Assembly: GCA_943788915.1 (NCBI GenBank)
Contig: CALSSD010000003.1
Coordinates: 260,663-324,662 of the forward strand
DNA length: 64,000 nt
Origin: an uncultured Acidimicrobiales bacterium
Lineage (GTDB): Bacteria; Actinomycetota; Acidimicrobiia; Acidimicrobiales; UBA10347
Direction: 5' to 3'
The notes under the pieces: generated by a model
What the model saw: the letters and a program-made list of their open reading frames with translations, nothing else
What the model was told of the DNA's origin: nothing
The model's database searches: none
Program-made: the position numbers and the translations under genes
Shown: in pieces, positions 8,993 to 19,303 of the stretch
Layout of the letters: the number at the start of each line of letters is the position of its first letter
How positions within the stretch are numbered: position 1 is the stretch's first letter

Positions 8993-9907
8993 CTAGAGAC
9001 GAGAGCGCAGCTCGACGGCAAGGCGCGTTCCGAGTGCAGGCCCATCGACCCCTGTCACCGTGATTTGATGACTGGTCGCCAGGTCCTCTGACGCCAGGAA
9101 CCCAGTGATCGAGTACCCGTCACCCGTCAGCGCGTCACTGGTCAACACCGCATGGGCACCTGCAGGTAGTGAACAGTCGCCACCCAGCTCGGTCAGAAAA
9201 GCTCGTTCACATTCGAATACTGCTCGACTGTGCTTGTGGTTGATTGCAGCAAGTCCGGCGAGCATGCCAGCATCGTTAGCGCGACATTCGACGGCCAGTG
9301 CCCCTTGGCCGACTTGGGGAACCATTTGTTCAGCCGTCATCTCGTGCACAACATCGAGCTGCAGGCCCAAACGGTCGAGTGGTGCTGCTGCCATGACGAT
9401 GGCATCGAAGTCAGCCAGCCTGTTGAGCCGGGTTGCGATGTTGCCACGAAGTTCGTCGAATACTAGGTCAGGTCGAAGCGCAGCGAGTTGGGCACGGCGT
9501 CGAACTGAACCAGTGCCGATCCGAGCACCTGCGGCCAGCTCATTGAGTCGAGAACCAACAAGTACGTCGTGAGGATTCGCTCGAAGAGGGACCGCTCCAA
9601 GTGTGAGTTCCGGTGGTGAGACAGCCGGCATGTCCTTGGCCGAATGCACCGCCACGTCGGCTCGCCCGTCGAGCAGTGCGGCCTGCACCTCTTTGACAAA
9701 AATGCCCTTGCCGCCAATCTCATGCAGCGGGGTGATCTTGTCGCGATCCCCCGAGGTCGAGACGATCACGATCTCTACCTGGTCTGCGTGATCGCAGACA
9801 CCCGCTGCCGCGAGGGCCGCTTGGACATGATGCGCCTGCCACAACGCGAGTTCGCTCCCGCGCGTGGCGATGCGAACAGTCCTAGCACCCTCAGTAGTAA
9901 CAGCCAC
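8993..9907 (-). CDS. hemC: Hydroxymethylbilane synthase
   Basis: IATRGSELALWQA, VHSAKD, LRGNIATR, ERAFLTELGGDC. Confidence 0.97.
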   Translation of the reverse strand: MAVTTEGARTVRIATRGSELALWQAHHVQAALAAAGVCDHADQVEIVIVSTSGDRDKITPLHEIGGKGIFVKEVQAALLDGRADVAVHSAKDMPAVSPPELTLGAVPLRANPHDVLVGSRLNELAAGARIGTGSVRRRAQLAALRPDLVFDELRGNIATRLNRLADFDAIVMAAAPLDRLGLQLDVVHEMTAEQMVPQVGQGALAVECRANDAGMLAGLAAINHKHSRAVFECERAFLTELGGDCSLPAGAHAVLTSDALTGDGYSITGFLASEDLATSHQITVTGVDGPALGTRLAVELRSRL

Positions 9908-9916
9908 AGCGATGGT

Positions 9917-11191
9917 CTAGTGCAGGTCGAACAGTTCGCGCAGGGCAGCTGCAAGCCGCTCGCCGCGCAGGCTGTTGGCCGAATCCTTGAGACGCATGGT
10001 GGGCTCGTGCAGCACCTTGTTTAACACCGCACGAGTTGCCTCGTCGACAGCGGCACGTTGATCTGGCGTGAGATCTGCCAACTTGTTCGCTTGGCGTGTC
10101 ATCTCATCGGTACGCAACTGCTCGACTTGGGAACGAAAGCTGGTGATCAACGGTGAGACCGACTGCTTGCCGACTTCGCGGAGATGTCGCTGCATTTCCT
10201 CGGTGATGATCTGGTTGACCTGATGGACTTCGCCAGCCCTGCTCTCAAGACCCTTGGCCACGAATGCACCAATGGCATCAAGGTCGCACAGTTCAACACC
10301 AGGAAGTTCGCCGACATTGGCGGCGACGTCGCGGGGCATGGCCACATCGAGGATCAACAGATCGCCCAACCGGTGATCCGCAGATCGTTGGTCGAGCAGC
10401 GGGGCAACAAGCTCGGCTTCAACAACCATGCCTGGCGATGCCGTGGATGTAAACGCTACGTCGCAAGCAGCGAGTGCCTGGCCCAGTTCGTCGAATGGTC
10501 GAACCTGAGCACCGATTTGGCTCGCGATATCGGCGGCGGTTGTTTCGGTGCGGCTTATCACCGTGATCGAGGCGGTGTTGTGGTTGGCGAGGGTCTTCGC
10601 CATGCCGCTACCCATTTCACCGGCACCAACGAGCAACACATGTTTGCCATCGAGTGACTCAAGGCGTTCTTCGGCCATGACAATGGCGGCCTGCGACACC
10701 GAGGCAATGCTGCGCGAAATCGACGTTTCGGTGCGAACCCGTTTGCCGACTGCCACGGCAGCTCGAAAGATCGAGTTGAGCGACATACCAACACAGCCGT
10801 GGTTCTGGGCTGCTTCCCAGGCTCGTTTTAGCTGCCCAAGAATTTCATGCTCGCCGAGTACGGCAGAGTCGACACCAGCGCTAACGCGGAAAAGGTGTTC
10901 GATGGCTTGATCGTCGTAGAAGGTATAGAGGTGATCGTTCAGCACCTCGGGAGCAACGAACGAGATCTGGGCCAAGAAGTCGCGGACATCCTGGAAGGCA
11001 CCATGAAACCGCTCGGCCAAAATGTAGACCTCGGTCCGGTTACAGGTGCTGAGTACTACACCTTCGGACACATACGGCCGCAGGGATAGATCGTGTAACG
11101 CCTTGTCGAGCCCATCGGGAGCAACGGTTACCTGCTCAAGAATGTCGAGCGGCGCCGTGGCGTGATTGAGACCGATGACTACAAACGACAT
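9917..11191 (-). CDS. hemA: Glutamyl-tRNA reductase
   Basis: STCNRTE, LGEHEILGQ, GAGEMG, DVAMPRD. Confidence 0.97.
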   Translation of the reverse strand: MSFVVIGLNHATAPLDILEQVTVAPDGLDKALHDLSLRPYVSEGVVLSTCNRTEVYILAERFHGAFQDVRDFLAQISFVAPEVLNDHLYTFYDDQAIEHLFRVSAGVDSAVLGEHEILGQLKRAWEAAQNHGCVGMSLNSIFRAAVAVGKRVRTETSISRSIASVSQAAIVMAEERLESLDGKHVLLVGAGEMGSGMAKTLANHNTASITVISRTETTAADIASQIGAQVRPFDELGQALAACDVAFTSTASPGMVVEAELVAPLLDQRSADHRLGDLLILDVAMPRDVAANVGELPGVELCDLDAIGAFVAKGLESRAGEVHQVNQIITEEMQRHLREVGKQSVSPLITSFRSQVEQLRTDEMTRQANKLADLTPDQRAAVDEATRAVLNKVLHEPTMRLKDSANSLRGERLAAALRELFDLH

Positions 11192-11252
11192 GATGAGACT
11201 TCGAAGGCGGGAATGGGGGCTACTTCATTCTGAACCCTATTTGACCAAATGC

Positions 11253-11921
11253 TCATACTGAAAGCCTGAGTTTTGTGTCACGTTCAGAATCTGACCGCGG
11301 TTGGTAGTAGCTCAAAATTTGGAGTTCAAGCGCAAGGTCTACCTGGCGCAACGCCACACCTTCGCCGACCTGCACAACCGTCGGGGCAAAATTCAGCACC
11401 GAGGTGATTCCAGCTGCAATGACATCGTCGGTCACCTGTTGGGCAGCATCGGCCGGAGTGGAGATGATGGCGGTGCGAGCCTTGTAATGCGCAACGATCC
11501 CAGCAAGGTCGTCGAAGTGGGCCACAATAAGGTCGCCGATCTGCATACCAACGATGTCAGGCTGCACATCGAACAGTGCCGCGATCGGGAACCCTCGATC
11601 GCCGAAACCGCCGTGTTTTGCTAGCGCCTGGCCCAAATTGCCAAGCCCGACCACGATCACTGGTGACTGTTCATCGAGTCCGAGTTCTCGCTGGATCTCG
11701 TGGGTGAGATTGATGACCTCGTAGCCGACACCTCTGGTGCCGTAGCTGCCGAGGTGCGACAGGTCCTTGCGCAGCTTGGCAGCGTTCACGCCAGCAAGTT
11801 CTGCCAACCGAGACGACGAGACGGTTGCGACACCGTTCGCGCACAATTCTTCCAAACAACGCAAATACAACGGCAGCCTTGCTACCGATGCTGCGGGGAC
11901 CTGCAACCCGTCTTCTGCCAT
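11253..11921 (-). CDS. rex: Redox-sensing transcriptional repressor Rex
   Basis: RLPLYLR, LRKDLSHLGSYGTRGVGY, GLGNLG, LNFAP. ATG 11921 follows AGGAG. Confidence 0.96.
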   Translation of the reverse strand: MAEDGLQVPAASVARLPLYLRCLEELCANGVATVSSSRLAELAGVNAAKLRKDLSHLGSYGTRGVGYEVINLTHEIQRELGLDEQSPVIVVGLGNLGQALAKHGGFGDRGFPIAALFDVQPDIVGMQIGDLIVAHFDDLAGIVAHYKARTAIISTPADAAQQVTDDVIAAGITSVLNFAPTVVQVGEGVALRQVDLALELQILSYYQPRSDSERDTKLRLSV

Positions 11922-11940
11922 CGCTCCTAAGGCTAGAAGC

Positions 11941-11958
11941 TTGTGCCTCTGTTCACAA
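11941..11958. promoter_or_regulatory. Putative Rex operator
   Basis: TTGTGCCTCTGTTCACAA resembles TTGTGAA-N4-TTCACAA, about 20 bp upstream of rex. Confidence 0.75.
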
Positions 11959-11994
11959 TCGCACAAGCTGAAGCTCCACGTTGATCTCGCAGAT

Positions 11995-13443
11995 TCAATC
12001 GCGCAACACCCGCCGCTGGATTTTGCCGCTAGCCCCGCGAGGTAACTGGTCGACGACTTCAAACCGTGACGGGACTTTGTATCCGGCCAGCCGCGTTCGA
12101 CAATGCGCCTCGAGGACGTCGGCATCAGGTTCCATGCCACGGGCGGCTACCACATACGCAATCACAATTTCGCCGTACTCCGGATCGGGCTTGCCAACCA
12201 CCGCTGCCGCCATAACGCTGTGATGTTCCACAAGCCGCTCTTCGACCTCGCCCGGATGCACATTAAATCCAGACACGATGATCTGGTCCTTGTTGCGACC
12301 AACGATGTACAGGAAGCCATTCTCGTCGACAACAGCCAGATCCCCGGTGTGAAGCCAACCGTCGGGGTCGATCACCGCTGCGGTTGCCTGGGGGTCACCG
12401 AGATACCCCGCAAAGACATTCGGCCCCTGGGCCCAGACTTCGCCGATGTCGCCGACGAGAGCGTCGTCGCCATGTTCATCAACGAGGCGGAGTTTGACCC
12501 CCGGCATTGGACGTCCGACTGAGGTCGCTGGAGCATCGGTGCCGACTGCGGAGGTGAGACCGGGTGAGGCTTCGGTCAAACCGTAACCCTGGCGGAGTCG
12601 CAGTCCGTACCGTTCGGCCAACGTCTCAGCGACAGCGGCGCTCAACGGGGCGGCGCCGCTCAGAGTCATAGTGATCGACGACAACATGTCTGGTTCGACC
12701 TCGCTATTGGCGAGTCGAAACCAGAACACCGGAGGAGCCACTAGGAACGTGACCTGGTTCTCCTTGATGGTGGCCGCAACCGAGTTGACGTCGGTCTTGG
12801 TGGTGAGGACAACCGTGGCACCAACCGAGATAGCTACCGCAACCACACTGACGATGCCAAGCACATGTGTCAGCGGCATAACGCCCAGGATCGTGTGTTT
12901 GTTGTCGGCCAGACCTGGAGCGCTGCTGCGGGACTGCTCGATGCTGGCGGCAACATTGCCGTGGCTGAGCACAGCGATACGTGGGCTGCCAGCGGTTCCG
13001 CTGGTGAACATGAGTAGGGCTGGATGGTCCGGTTCGAGGTCGAGCGGAGCGATCGGTTCGCCTTGGGACTCGACAAAGAGTTCTTCGGCCCGAATGTGTT
13101 CGATGCTCAAACCTTGGGCCATTGCATACGAGGCATCGTCGGTGCTGACGATCAACACAGGCCGTGCAAGCTGCACCGCCCGTTCAACCTCACCACGGGG
13201 ATACCGAGGGTGCAGCGGCACGACCGGCAACCCGGCACTCAATGCAGCAAACAGCGCTTCGATGAACAACAACGAACTCTCGCCCATAATCACGATGTTG
13301 GACCCTGCCGGAGCGAGACGAGCGAACTCGGTGCGTGCGATTTCGACTCGGGAAGTCAGCTGGCCATAGGTCTGCGAAACGCCGTCGCAGACGAAGGCGA
13401 CACTGTCGCCATCATGATCGGAGAACAACTCAACAACGTTCAC
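11995..13443 (-). CDS. Long-chain acyl-CoA synthetase (AMP-binding)
   Basis: FTSGTAGSP, QGYGLTE, WLHTGD, GRNKD, GKI. Start approximate. Confidence 0.9.
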   Translation of the reverse strand: MNVVELFSDHDGDSVAFVCDGVSQTYGQLTSRVEIARTEFARLAPAGSNIVIMGESSLLFIEALFAALSAGLPVVPLHPRYPRGEVERAVQLARPVLIVSTDDASYAMAQGLSIEHIRAEELFVESQGEPIAPLDLEPDHPALLMFTSGTAGSPRIAVLSHGNVAASIEQSRSSAPGLADNKHTILGVMPLTHVLGIVSVVAVAISVGATVVLTTKTDVNSVAATIKENQVTFLVAPPVFWFRLANSEVEPDMLSSITMTLSGAAPLSAAVAETLAERYGLRLRQGYGLTEASPGLTSAVGTDAPATSVGRPMPGVKLRLVDEHGDDALVGDIGEVWAQGPNVFAGYLGDPQATAAVIDPDGWLHTGDLAVVDENGFLYIVGRNKDQIIVSGFNVHPGEVEERLVEHHSVMAAAVVGKPDPEYGEIVIAYVVAARGMEPDADVLEAHCRTRLAGYKVPSRFEVVDQLPRGASGKIQRRVLRD

Positions 13444-13673
13444 CTCCGCATCGTAGGGCAACGGCCACCAGAGGATCATGTTCGGCTCGCAACCCGACTG
13501 CGACCAGCCAGGTGAGGGCGCCACTGTCCATACGTCGCGGGTTGTGGGCATTATGACCTAGGCCTGGATCGACCCAGGGCCGCAATGCCCAATCAGCGCC
13601 CCATCCCTCTTGGCAGGCCGTTTGGTGCCGAACTACCTAGTGCACACCTCCACACTGAACGGTTCTCCACCTC

Positions 13674-14558
13674 ATGCGCCTGCACCCTCTCCGCAAGCTC
13701 ACTATCCTGGCAACACTCCTCATTACTGCCAGCATGCTTCTCGCTATTCCTGTCGCTTCGGCTCAGGGTCCAGCCCGTGACTTTGGCTCCGAGGCAGGCT
13801 TCCTTTCCTCGCTCAACAGCCAACGTGCTGCTGGCGGTCTTGGTCCACTGGCGCTGAACGGTTCGATGACTGCCGCTGCCGACGGTTGGGCATTAAGCAT
13901 GGCAACAGGCAGCTTTCTCGCCCACGCTGGCGACATCATTAGCGGCACTCCCAGCGGCTGGACCAAAGTTGGCGAAAACGTCGGTCGAGGCCAATCGGTG
14001 ACCTCGTTGACGAGTGCCTTCATGAACAGCCCCGGCCACCGGGCCAACATCATGGATGCGTCCTACACCCATATCGGCATCGCCGTCTATACCCACCCTA
14101 GAGACGGCCGCATCTACACCACCCACCGGTTCGCTGCCCTGCCTGGTACTGCTCCTGTAGCCGCTGCGCCGGTTGCTGCCGCCCCTGTAGCCGCTGCTCC
14201 GACCGCAGTCCCCACCATTGCTCCTGCACCTACTGCAATCCCGGCCCCGCCAACCGCTGTTCCCGTCCAGCCAACACCGGTACCAGCAACACCAGTCCCA
14301 ACCGCTACGCCGATCCCTCCGGTGGTGAGCACCCCAGAGCCTGAACCAACGCCGATCCCGGCAACGGCTACTCCAGAGCCAACAGCAGTCCCGGCGACTC
14401 CAGAGCCGGTGCTGCCAGCGGCAACCTCTGACCAGACCGAACTTGACGCTGACGGCTTTGGTGCGCCACCAGAACAGCTGGCATTCGTCGACAGTGCATC
14501 GATCAACGAAGCAGCGACCGCCAAACTCGCATCAAAGACAGCCAAGTTCGGCCGCTAA
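13674..14558 (+). CDS. Secreted CAP/SCP-domain protein with Pro/Thr-rich tail
   Basis: Signal peptide; GENVG; FMNSPGHRANI; PT-rich repeats. Confidence 0.88.
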   Translation: MRLHPLRKLTILATLLITASMLLAIPVASAQGPARDFGSEAGFLSSLNSQRAAGGLGPLALNGSMTAAADGWALSMATGSFLAHAGDIISGTPSGWTKVGENVGRGQSVTSLTSAFMNSPGHRANIMDASYTHIGIAVYTHPRDGRIYTTHRFAALPGTAPVAAAPVAAAPVAAAPTAVPTIAPAPTAIPAPPTAVPVQPTPVPATPVPTATPIPPVVSTPEPEPTPIPATATPEPTAVPATPEPVLPAATSDQTELDADGFGAPPEQLAFVDSASINEAATAKLASKTAKFGR

Positions 14559-14588
14559 TTTCAGGTAGTTACATCCGCCTATCCCGTC

Positions 14589-14639
14589 ACGGCGGGTCTG
14601 ACCCCTCGTGACGGCGGGTCTGACCCCTCGTGACGGCGG
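14589..14639. repeat. 22-bp tandem repeat (about 2.3 copies) with GGGTCTGACCC palindrome
   Basis: ACGGCGGGTCTGACCCCTCGTG at 14589 and 14611, partial at 14633. Confidence 0.85.
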
Positions 14640-14804
14640 CACGTGATACTGACCGAGGACAGCGGTACGTTCTCGGTCGCTGTGGTTAGACGTTCTGTGA
14701 GCAGCCGCTCGAGGGTTAGGCGCCTTGGATCACGATTTGATAGAACGCTGCGCCCATGATGAGCAACATCAGGATGCCGAGCACCAGCGTTGTCGCCCGG
14801 CGCA

Positions 14805-15647
14805 TCAGGCCAGCTTTCCGAGCGTGACCGGTGTGGTGACGCCGCCGTCGGTTCCGCCGACGTGCAAACGCACTTCGGAACTTGGCCCTAACCGGAGTTC
14901 AGCGGCTGCAGAGGTGCGATTCAACACGATGGCAACCATACCGCTGCTGTCGATCATCAGACCGACCTCGCCCGAGCCCAACGCCTCGAAGTGCGTTACC
15001 CGACGCGCTGGCCGTTGGGCATCAGCGACTTGCAGCGAATAACGGGTGGCATCAAGTTCATCCGGATCGACATTGAGCTGGCAGTTGCCGAAGCGATCGA
15101 CCCACAGCACCTCGGCGACGATCGTGTCGCCTTCGCGAGCGCTCACTGGCATCACGGCTGGCATGAGCAATGCAGGATCGATAGGTGTGCCTACCTCGGC
15201 AAGGGAAACGCCCATGCAGAGCTGAGCAGCGACCGGCCCGAACAAGTCGCGGCCGTCGAAGGTAGGACCGGGCGCATCCAGCCGGAACGGCGAATGAGTG
15301 ATATCGGCAGCAGCGGTCGCACCGCCAACCAGTGCCACCGTGGGAGCCAGGAGACCGTTGTCAGGACCAACAAGGATCGTGGCGCCGTCACCAACCTCGA
15401 CGGCAACTGCCTTACGCGCACCCCCAACACCAGGGTCAACAACCGCCAAGACAACACCAGGATTTAGATAGGCCGCCGAACGAGCAAGGGCCAATCCCCC
15501 ACCACGCACGTCGTGAGGCGCAATATTGTGCGAGACATCGGCGATGCGCACCGTCGGAGCGATCGAGTGGATGACTGACTTGACGACCCCGACGAACTCA
15601 TCGGCAAGGCCATAGTCGGTCAGGAAGTTGACAGTGTCGTAGCGCAT
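14805..15647 (-). CDS. DUF62 SAM hydrolase / SAM-dependent halogenase family protein
   Basis: LTDYG, VVDPGVG, GPDNGLL, TFDGRD, VDRFGN. Confidence 0.92.
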   Translation of the reverse strand: MRYDTVNFLTDYGLADEFVGVVKSVIHSIAPTVRIADVSHNIAPHDVRGGGLALARSAAYLNPGVVLAVVDPGVGGARKAVAVEVGDGATILVGPDNGLLAPTVALVGGATAAADITHSPFRLDAPGPTFDGRDLFGPVAAQLCMGVSLAEVGTPIDPALLMPAVMPVSAREGDTIVAEVLWVDRFGNCQLNVDPDELDATRYSLQVADAQRPARRVTHFEALGSGEVGLMIDSSGMVAIVLNRTSAAAELRLGPSSEVRLHVGGTDGGVTTPVTLGKLA

Positions 15648-15704
15648 GAACGCTCAGTCTGGCCCGGTCCCGTTCGAAACGGTCGGGCCGAACGCAATGT
15701 TGGT

Positions 15705-15905
15705 TCAGGAACCGGTTTCGGACTCGACATAACGGCTGTCGAGGAACTTGTCCAGATCAGCGACGCGAATGCGGTATGACTTGCCGACGCGCACCGCGCC
15801 AAGCTCACCTGACTTAATCAGGCGGTAGACCGTCATCGTCGAAACCCGCATGTCCTGAGCCACTTCGGCGACAGTCAGATAGCGGGGGCGTTGGCCTTCG
15901 TTCAC
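15705..15905 (-). CDS. Excisionase-family HTH DNA-binding protein
   Basis: YLTVAEVAQDMRVSTMTVYRLIKSGEL..VRVGKSYRI; follows proC as in other actinobacteria. Confidence 0.9.
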   Translation of the reverse strand: MNEGQRPRYLTVAEVAQDMRVSTMTVYRLIKSGELGAVRVGKSYRIRVADLDKFLDSRYVESETGS

Positions 15906-16061
15906 GTTGGCGGGTCCTTGCTTGTCCTACAACATCTAGAGGCTCGCGTGGCGGACCCTCTACGTAACGGAATTCACTCTAGGGCCTTCGAGGCGCGACT
16001 GTCACTTTGCACCCCACAACCAACGTAAGAAACATTGGCACCGTGCAGCCCGCCTGGCCCT

Positions 16062-16871
16062 TCAGCCGCCTAGTTCCACGCTTCGCGCCACGGCAGCGGC
16101 GATGCCTCGAGCGACGATCTTTTCGATCTCGCTGTCCTGCATAGAGGTAATCGCTGCAGCCGTCGTTCCCCCTGGACTGGTGACGTTGCGCCGAAGTTGG
16201 ACTGGTGACTCGCTGGATTCAGCAAGCAAGGTTGCCGCGCCGAGCACCGTCTGACGGCCAAGGGCGTCGGCAACCTCGGGGCTCAACCCCTGCTCGATGC
16301 CGGCAGCGATCATCGCTTCGGCCAAGAGAAAAATATACGCCGGGCCTGAGCCAGATAACCCAGTCACCGCGTCGAGATCGGGTTCCGCGACCACCCTGAC
16401 CATGCCGACCGCTGACAGGATTTCAGTGGCCCACGCCAGGTCCTGATCATCAGCGGTCGCTGAAGCAGCGATAGCCGCAGCACCTTGGCCTACCAGTGCT
16501 GGTGTGTTCGGCATCGCTCGAATGACCCGAGCCTGCGAGCCGAAGCCATCGAGCAGTGCGCCGATCCGGACACCGGCAGCAATGCTCAGCGCCCGAGTCG
16601 CTCCCCCACCACCCAGTTCCACCGCGACCTCGGCCACGTGTTGGGGCTTAACTGCCACCAACACGTCGCTCACGTCGAACTCAGTGCTCTCACATGCCGC
16701 CGAGCAACTCTCGACGATCTTGGCCCCAGGAAAGGTTTCGGCGAGATACGCACGGCGCTCGGCAACGACCTCGATGATCCCGATCTCGTCGGCCTGCGCC
16801 CACCTGGTTGCGATCAAACCACCCACCAGCGCTTCGGCCATCTTGCCGCCACCAACAACACACAATTTCAT
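16062..16871 (-). CDS. proC: Pyrroline-5-carboxylate reductase
   Basis: GGGKM, AVKP, RAMPNTP, SGSGPAY, VTSPGGTT. Confidence 0.97.
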   Translation of the reverse strand: MKLCVVGGGKMAEALVGGLIATRWAQADEIGIIEVVAERRAYLAETFPGAKIVESCSAACESTEFDVSDVLVAVKPQHVAEVAVELGGGGATRALSIAAGVRIGALLDGFGSQARVIRAMPNTPALVGQGAAAIAASATADDQDLAWATEILSAVGMVRVVAEPDLDAVTGLSGSGPAYIFLLAEAMIAAGIEQGLSPEVADALGRQTVLGAATLLAESSESPVQLRRNVTSPGGTTAAAITSMQDSEIEKIVARGIAAAVARSVELGG

Positions 16872-17096
16872 GGCCCGACCCTACTTCGCAGCGGGAGCCG
16901 GAGACGCGTACGCCAGTCTCCTAGTGAGCAGTCAACCGCCGTCGACGGCCACGACCGCACGGTTGGTCATCCCTCCGGCTTGCGAAGCGAGATAGATAGC
17001 TGCTCCCGCTACATCCCCAATCTGACAGACATCGCGGAGCTGCCTGAAAAACGGAGCACGCCGGCAGTTACGAACCGGCATGGGTTTAGCGAGCGA

Positions 17097-18380
17097 CTAG
17101 CCCAAGTAGCTACGGGGGTCGTAGGCGGTTCCACCGACGCGAGTCTCGAAATGAAGGTGTGGACCGGTGCAGCTGCCGGTACAGCCGACAGCGCCGATCG
17201 AGGTGCCGGAGGACACGCTCTGTCCGGTGCTCACGTTGATCGAGCTGAGGTGGGCGTACAAGGTCACGAGACCACCGCTGTGTTGGATCAGCACTCGTTG
17301 GCCAAAGCCACCGCTGAAGCCAGCGGCAATCACGGTGCCCGAACCAGCAGACGCCACCGTGGTTCCGGTGTTGGCCGCAATATCGATGCCGTTGTGTTGG
17401 CGACCCCAACGTGGCCCGAAGTTCGAGGTCACCGTGCCGTTGACCGGCCACGTCAGCCCCTGGCCAGACGGCGCTCCTACAAGTGCGGCATTGGCTCGAC
17501 TGACAGGCGCTTCCACAGCAGAGGCTTCGCCTCGGACCGCAGCAGCAATCTGTGCCTGGCGGCGTTGTTCTTCTTCGCGGGCGACTCGCTCACGTTCGGC
17601 CTGAATTCGTGCCGCTTCGCGGATAGCAGCAGCTCGTTGTTCTTCTTCGATGATCAAGCCGGTGATCTCGGCTTGCAGGTTGGCTTCGTCGACGGCCAAC
17701 AGGTCGACTTCTTCCTGGAACTCGGCGATACGTTCGACCAGAATGGCTTCGAGCCGCTGCTGGTTCGCGATCGCTCCGTCTACCTGGGTTACTTGCCGTT
17801 GTGCCTGTAGTTCACGGCTTTCGATGTTGCGTTGGGCATTCTCGGCACGAGCGACCGCCAGCTCACGGTTTGCCTCGGCTACTCGGAGGTCGTCGAGGAT
17901 GTCGGCCTGTGATGTTTGCACCGCAGACACCAAAGCCCGACGACGTTCGCCTTCGTTTAGGTCGCTGGCTCGAAACACGTCGTCGTCGCCGGTGCCACGA
18001 GGTTGCACATAGGCCGTGATTGCCTGACGTTGCAGCTGCAACCGCAGATCGGCGATGCGCTGCTGCTCAAGTACGACCTCGTCTTGGGCCGCGATCACTT
18101 CGATACGAGCTCGTTCAAGTTGGAACCGAGTCGCATCGAGCTCGGCCTGACGCGAGGCCAAGTCCTCGGTCAGTACCCTTAACGCTTCCTCGATCTGCTC
18201 ATTCGCCGACAACAAGGGATCCAAATCTGCTGCGGCTCGTGCTCTATCAGCACGGACGGCATCACGATCAGAACGAAGCTGATCGATCTGCTCCGTTTGA
18301 GCGGATACGCCTGAAGGAATCAGTTGCGCCAGAAGGCACAGCCCGATACAGGCAACGAGAAGGCGGTGAAGTCGTTTCAT
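17097..18380 (-). CDS. Coiled-coil M23 peptidase (EnvC-like)
   Basis: Signal peptide, long coiled coil, HNGID, YAH, TGPHLHFE. Confidence 0.92.
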   Translation of the reverse strand: MKRLHRLLVACIGLCLLAQLIPSGVSAQTEQIDQLRSDRDAVRADRARAAADLDPLLSANEQIEEALRVLTEDLASRQAELDATRFQLERARIEVIAAQDEVVLEQQRIADLRLQLQRQAITAYVQPRGTGDDDVFRASDLNEGERRRALVSAVQTSQADILDDLRVAEANRELAVARAENAQRNIESRELQAQRQVTQVDGAIANQQRLEAILVERIAEFQEEVDLLAVDEANLQAEITGLIIEEEQRAAAIREAARIQAERERVAREEEQRRQAQIAAAVRGEASAVEAPVSRANAALVGAPSGQGLTWPVNGTVTSNFGPRWGRQHNGIDIAANTGTTVASAGSGTVIAAGFSGGFGQRVLIQHSGGLVTLYAHLSSINVSTGQSVSSGTSIGAVGCTGSCTGPHLHFETRVGGTAYDPRSYLG

Positions 18381-18543
18381 CAAGGGTTTCGCCGCAGGGG
18401 GCAGCTGAATGAATGTAACACTTCCGCAATACATACACGCCTCACCAGCGGCTGTTTACTCAGAGAAACGATTCGCCAAGATCGGTTAGCAATCCACCGC
18501 CACCGCATGCGGGGGCCCGGACTGATAACCGGCACATCGGTTG

Positions 18544-19303
18544 TTAGCCGACAGGCTCGTTCATGTTACGCAGGCGCAGGTCAACGGGCAGTGCGGGGTC
18601 AGCGTCTGGCCAACCGCTGCGGTACGCCAACGCCACTGCAGCTGCCTGACTATTGACGCCGAGCTTGCGGAGGATCGCCTTGACCTGAGTGCGCACGGTG
18701 CCGACCGACACGAATGATGATTCGGCAATTTTTGCGACCGAATGACCTTCCATAAGCAGGCAAAGCACTTCGCCTTCGCGGCGGGACAATGATTCGAATG
18801 GCATGAAACGGTTGTCCCGGTCAACACGATGTGTGCGGAACAGATTCAGCAATTCACTTCGACGAAACTCGCTCAGTAGTTGCTCACCCTTAACCATCGC
18901 CAGGATCTGGTCGACGGTGTCGATCATGAGGTCGCTGGAGGCGACCAGGCCGGTTGCACCCGCGTTCACCGCTGCAGATAACAGCAACTCGTGAGTGCTA
19001 TCGGAGAGGACGGCCACTGTTGCCCTCCGCGCTCGCTGCGGTCTCCACAAGGTCGAGGCTGCGGGCCAGGCTCGGACCAGGTTGGATCCGCACCAGGGTG
19101 AGCGCCGGAGGTCGCTCGAGGATCTCGGCTTGGAGCTGCTCGATGGTCGTTGCTTTGAGCGTGCGCACTGCGCACCCTTCGGCTGCGAGGACCATGGCCA
19201 GGCTGCCGGCTAGCAGTGAGTGATCATCAACAATAAGTATTGGAGCCACGGCGCCACCGTTCGTTTCGAGCAGGTCTTCTTCTGCTTTGAGCAGGTTGTG
19301 CAT
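18544..19303 (-). pseudogene. NarL/LuxR-family response regulator, frameshifted near 19020-19030
   Basis: Receiver half (ILIVDDH) and LuxR HTH half (LSRREGEVL..TVRTQVKAILRKLGV) lie in different frames; may be a sequencing error. Confidence 0.8.

Noticed and set aside
15705..15905. Excisionase as a sign of a prophage or ICE
   Set aside because: A proC-linked small HTH gene is a common actinobacterial core arrangement; no integrase nearby.
16485..17810. 441-aa plus-strand ORF
   Set aside because: Antisense to proC and the M23 peptidase; typical high-GC shadow ORF.
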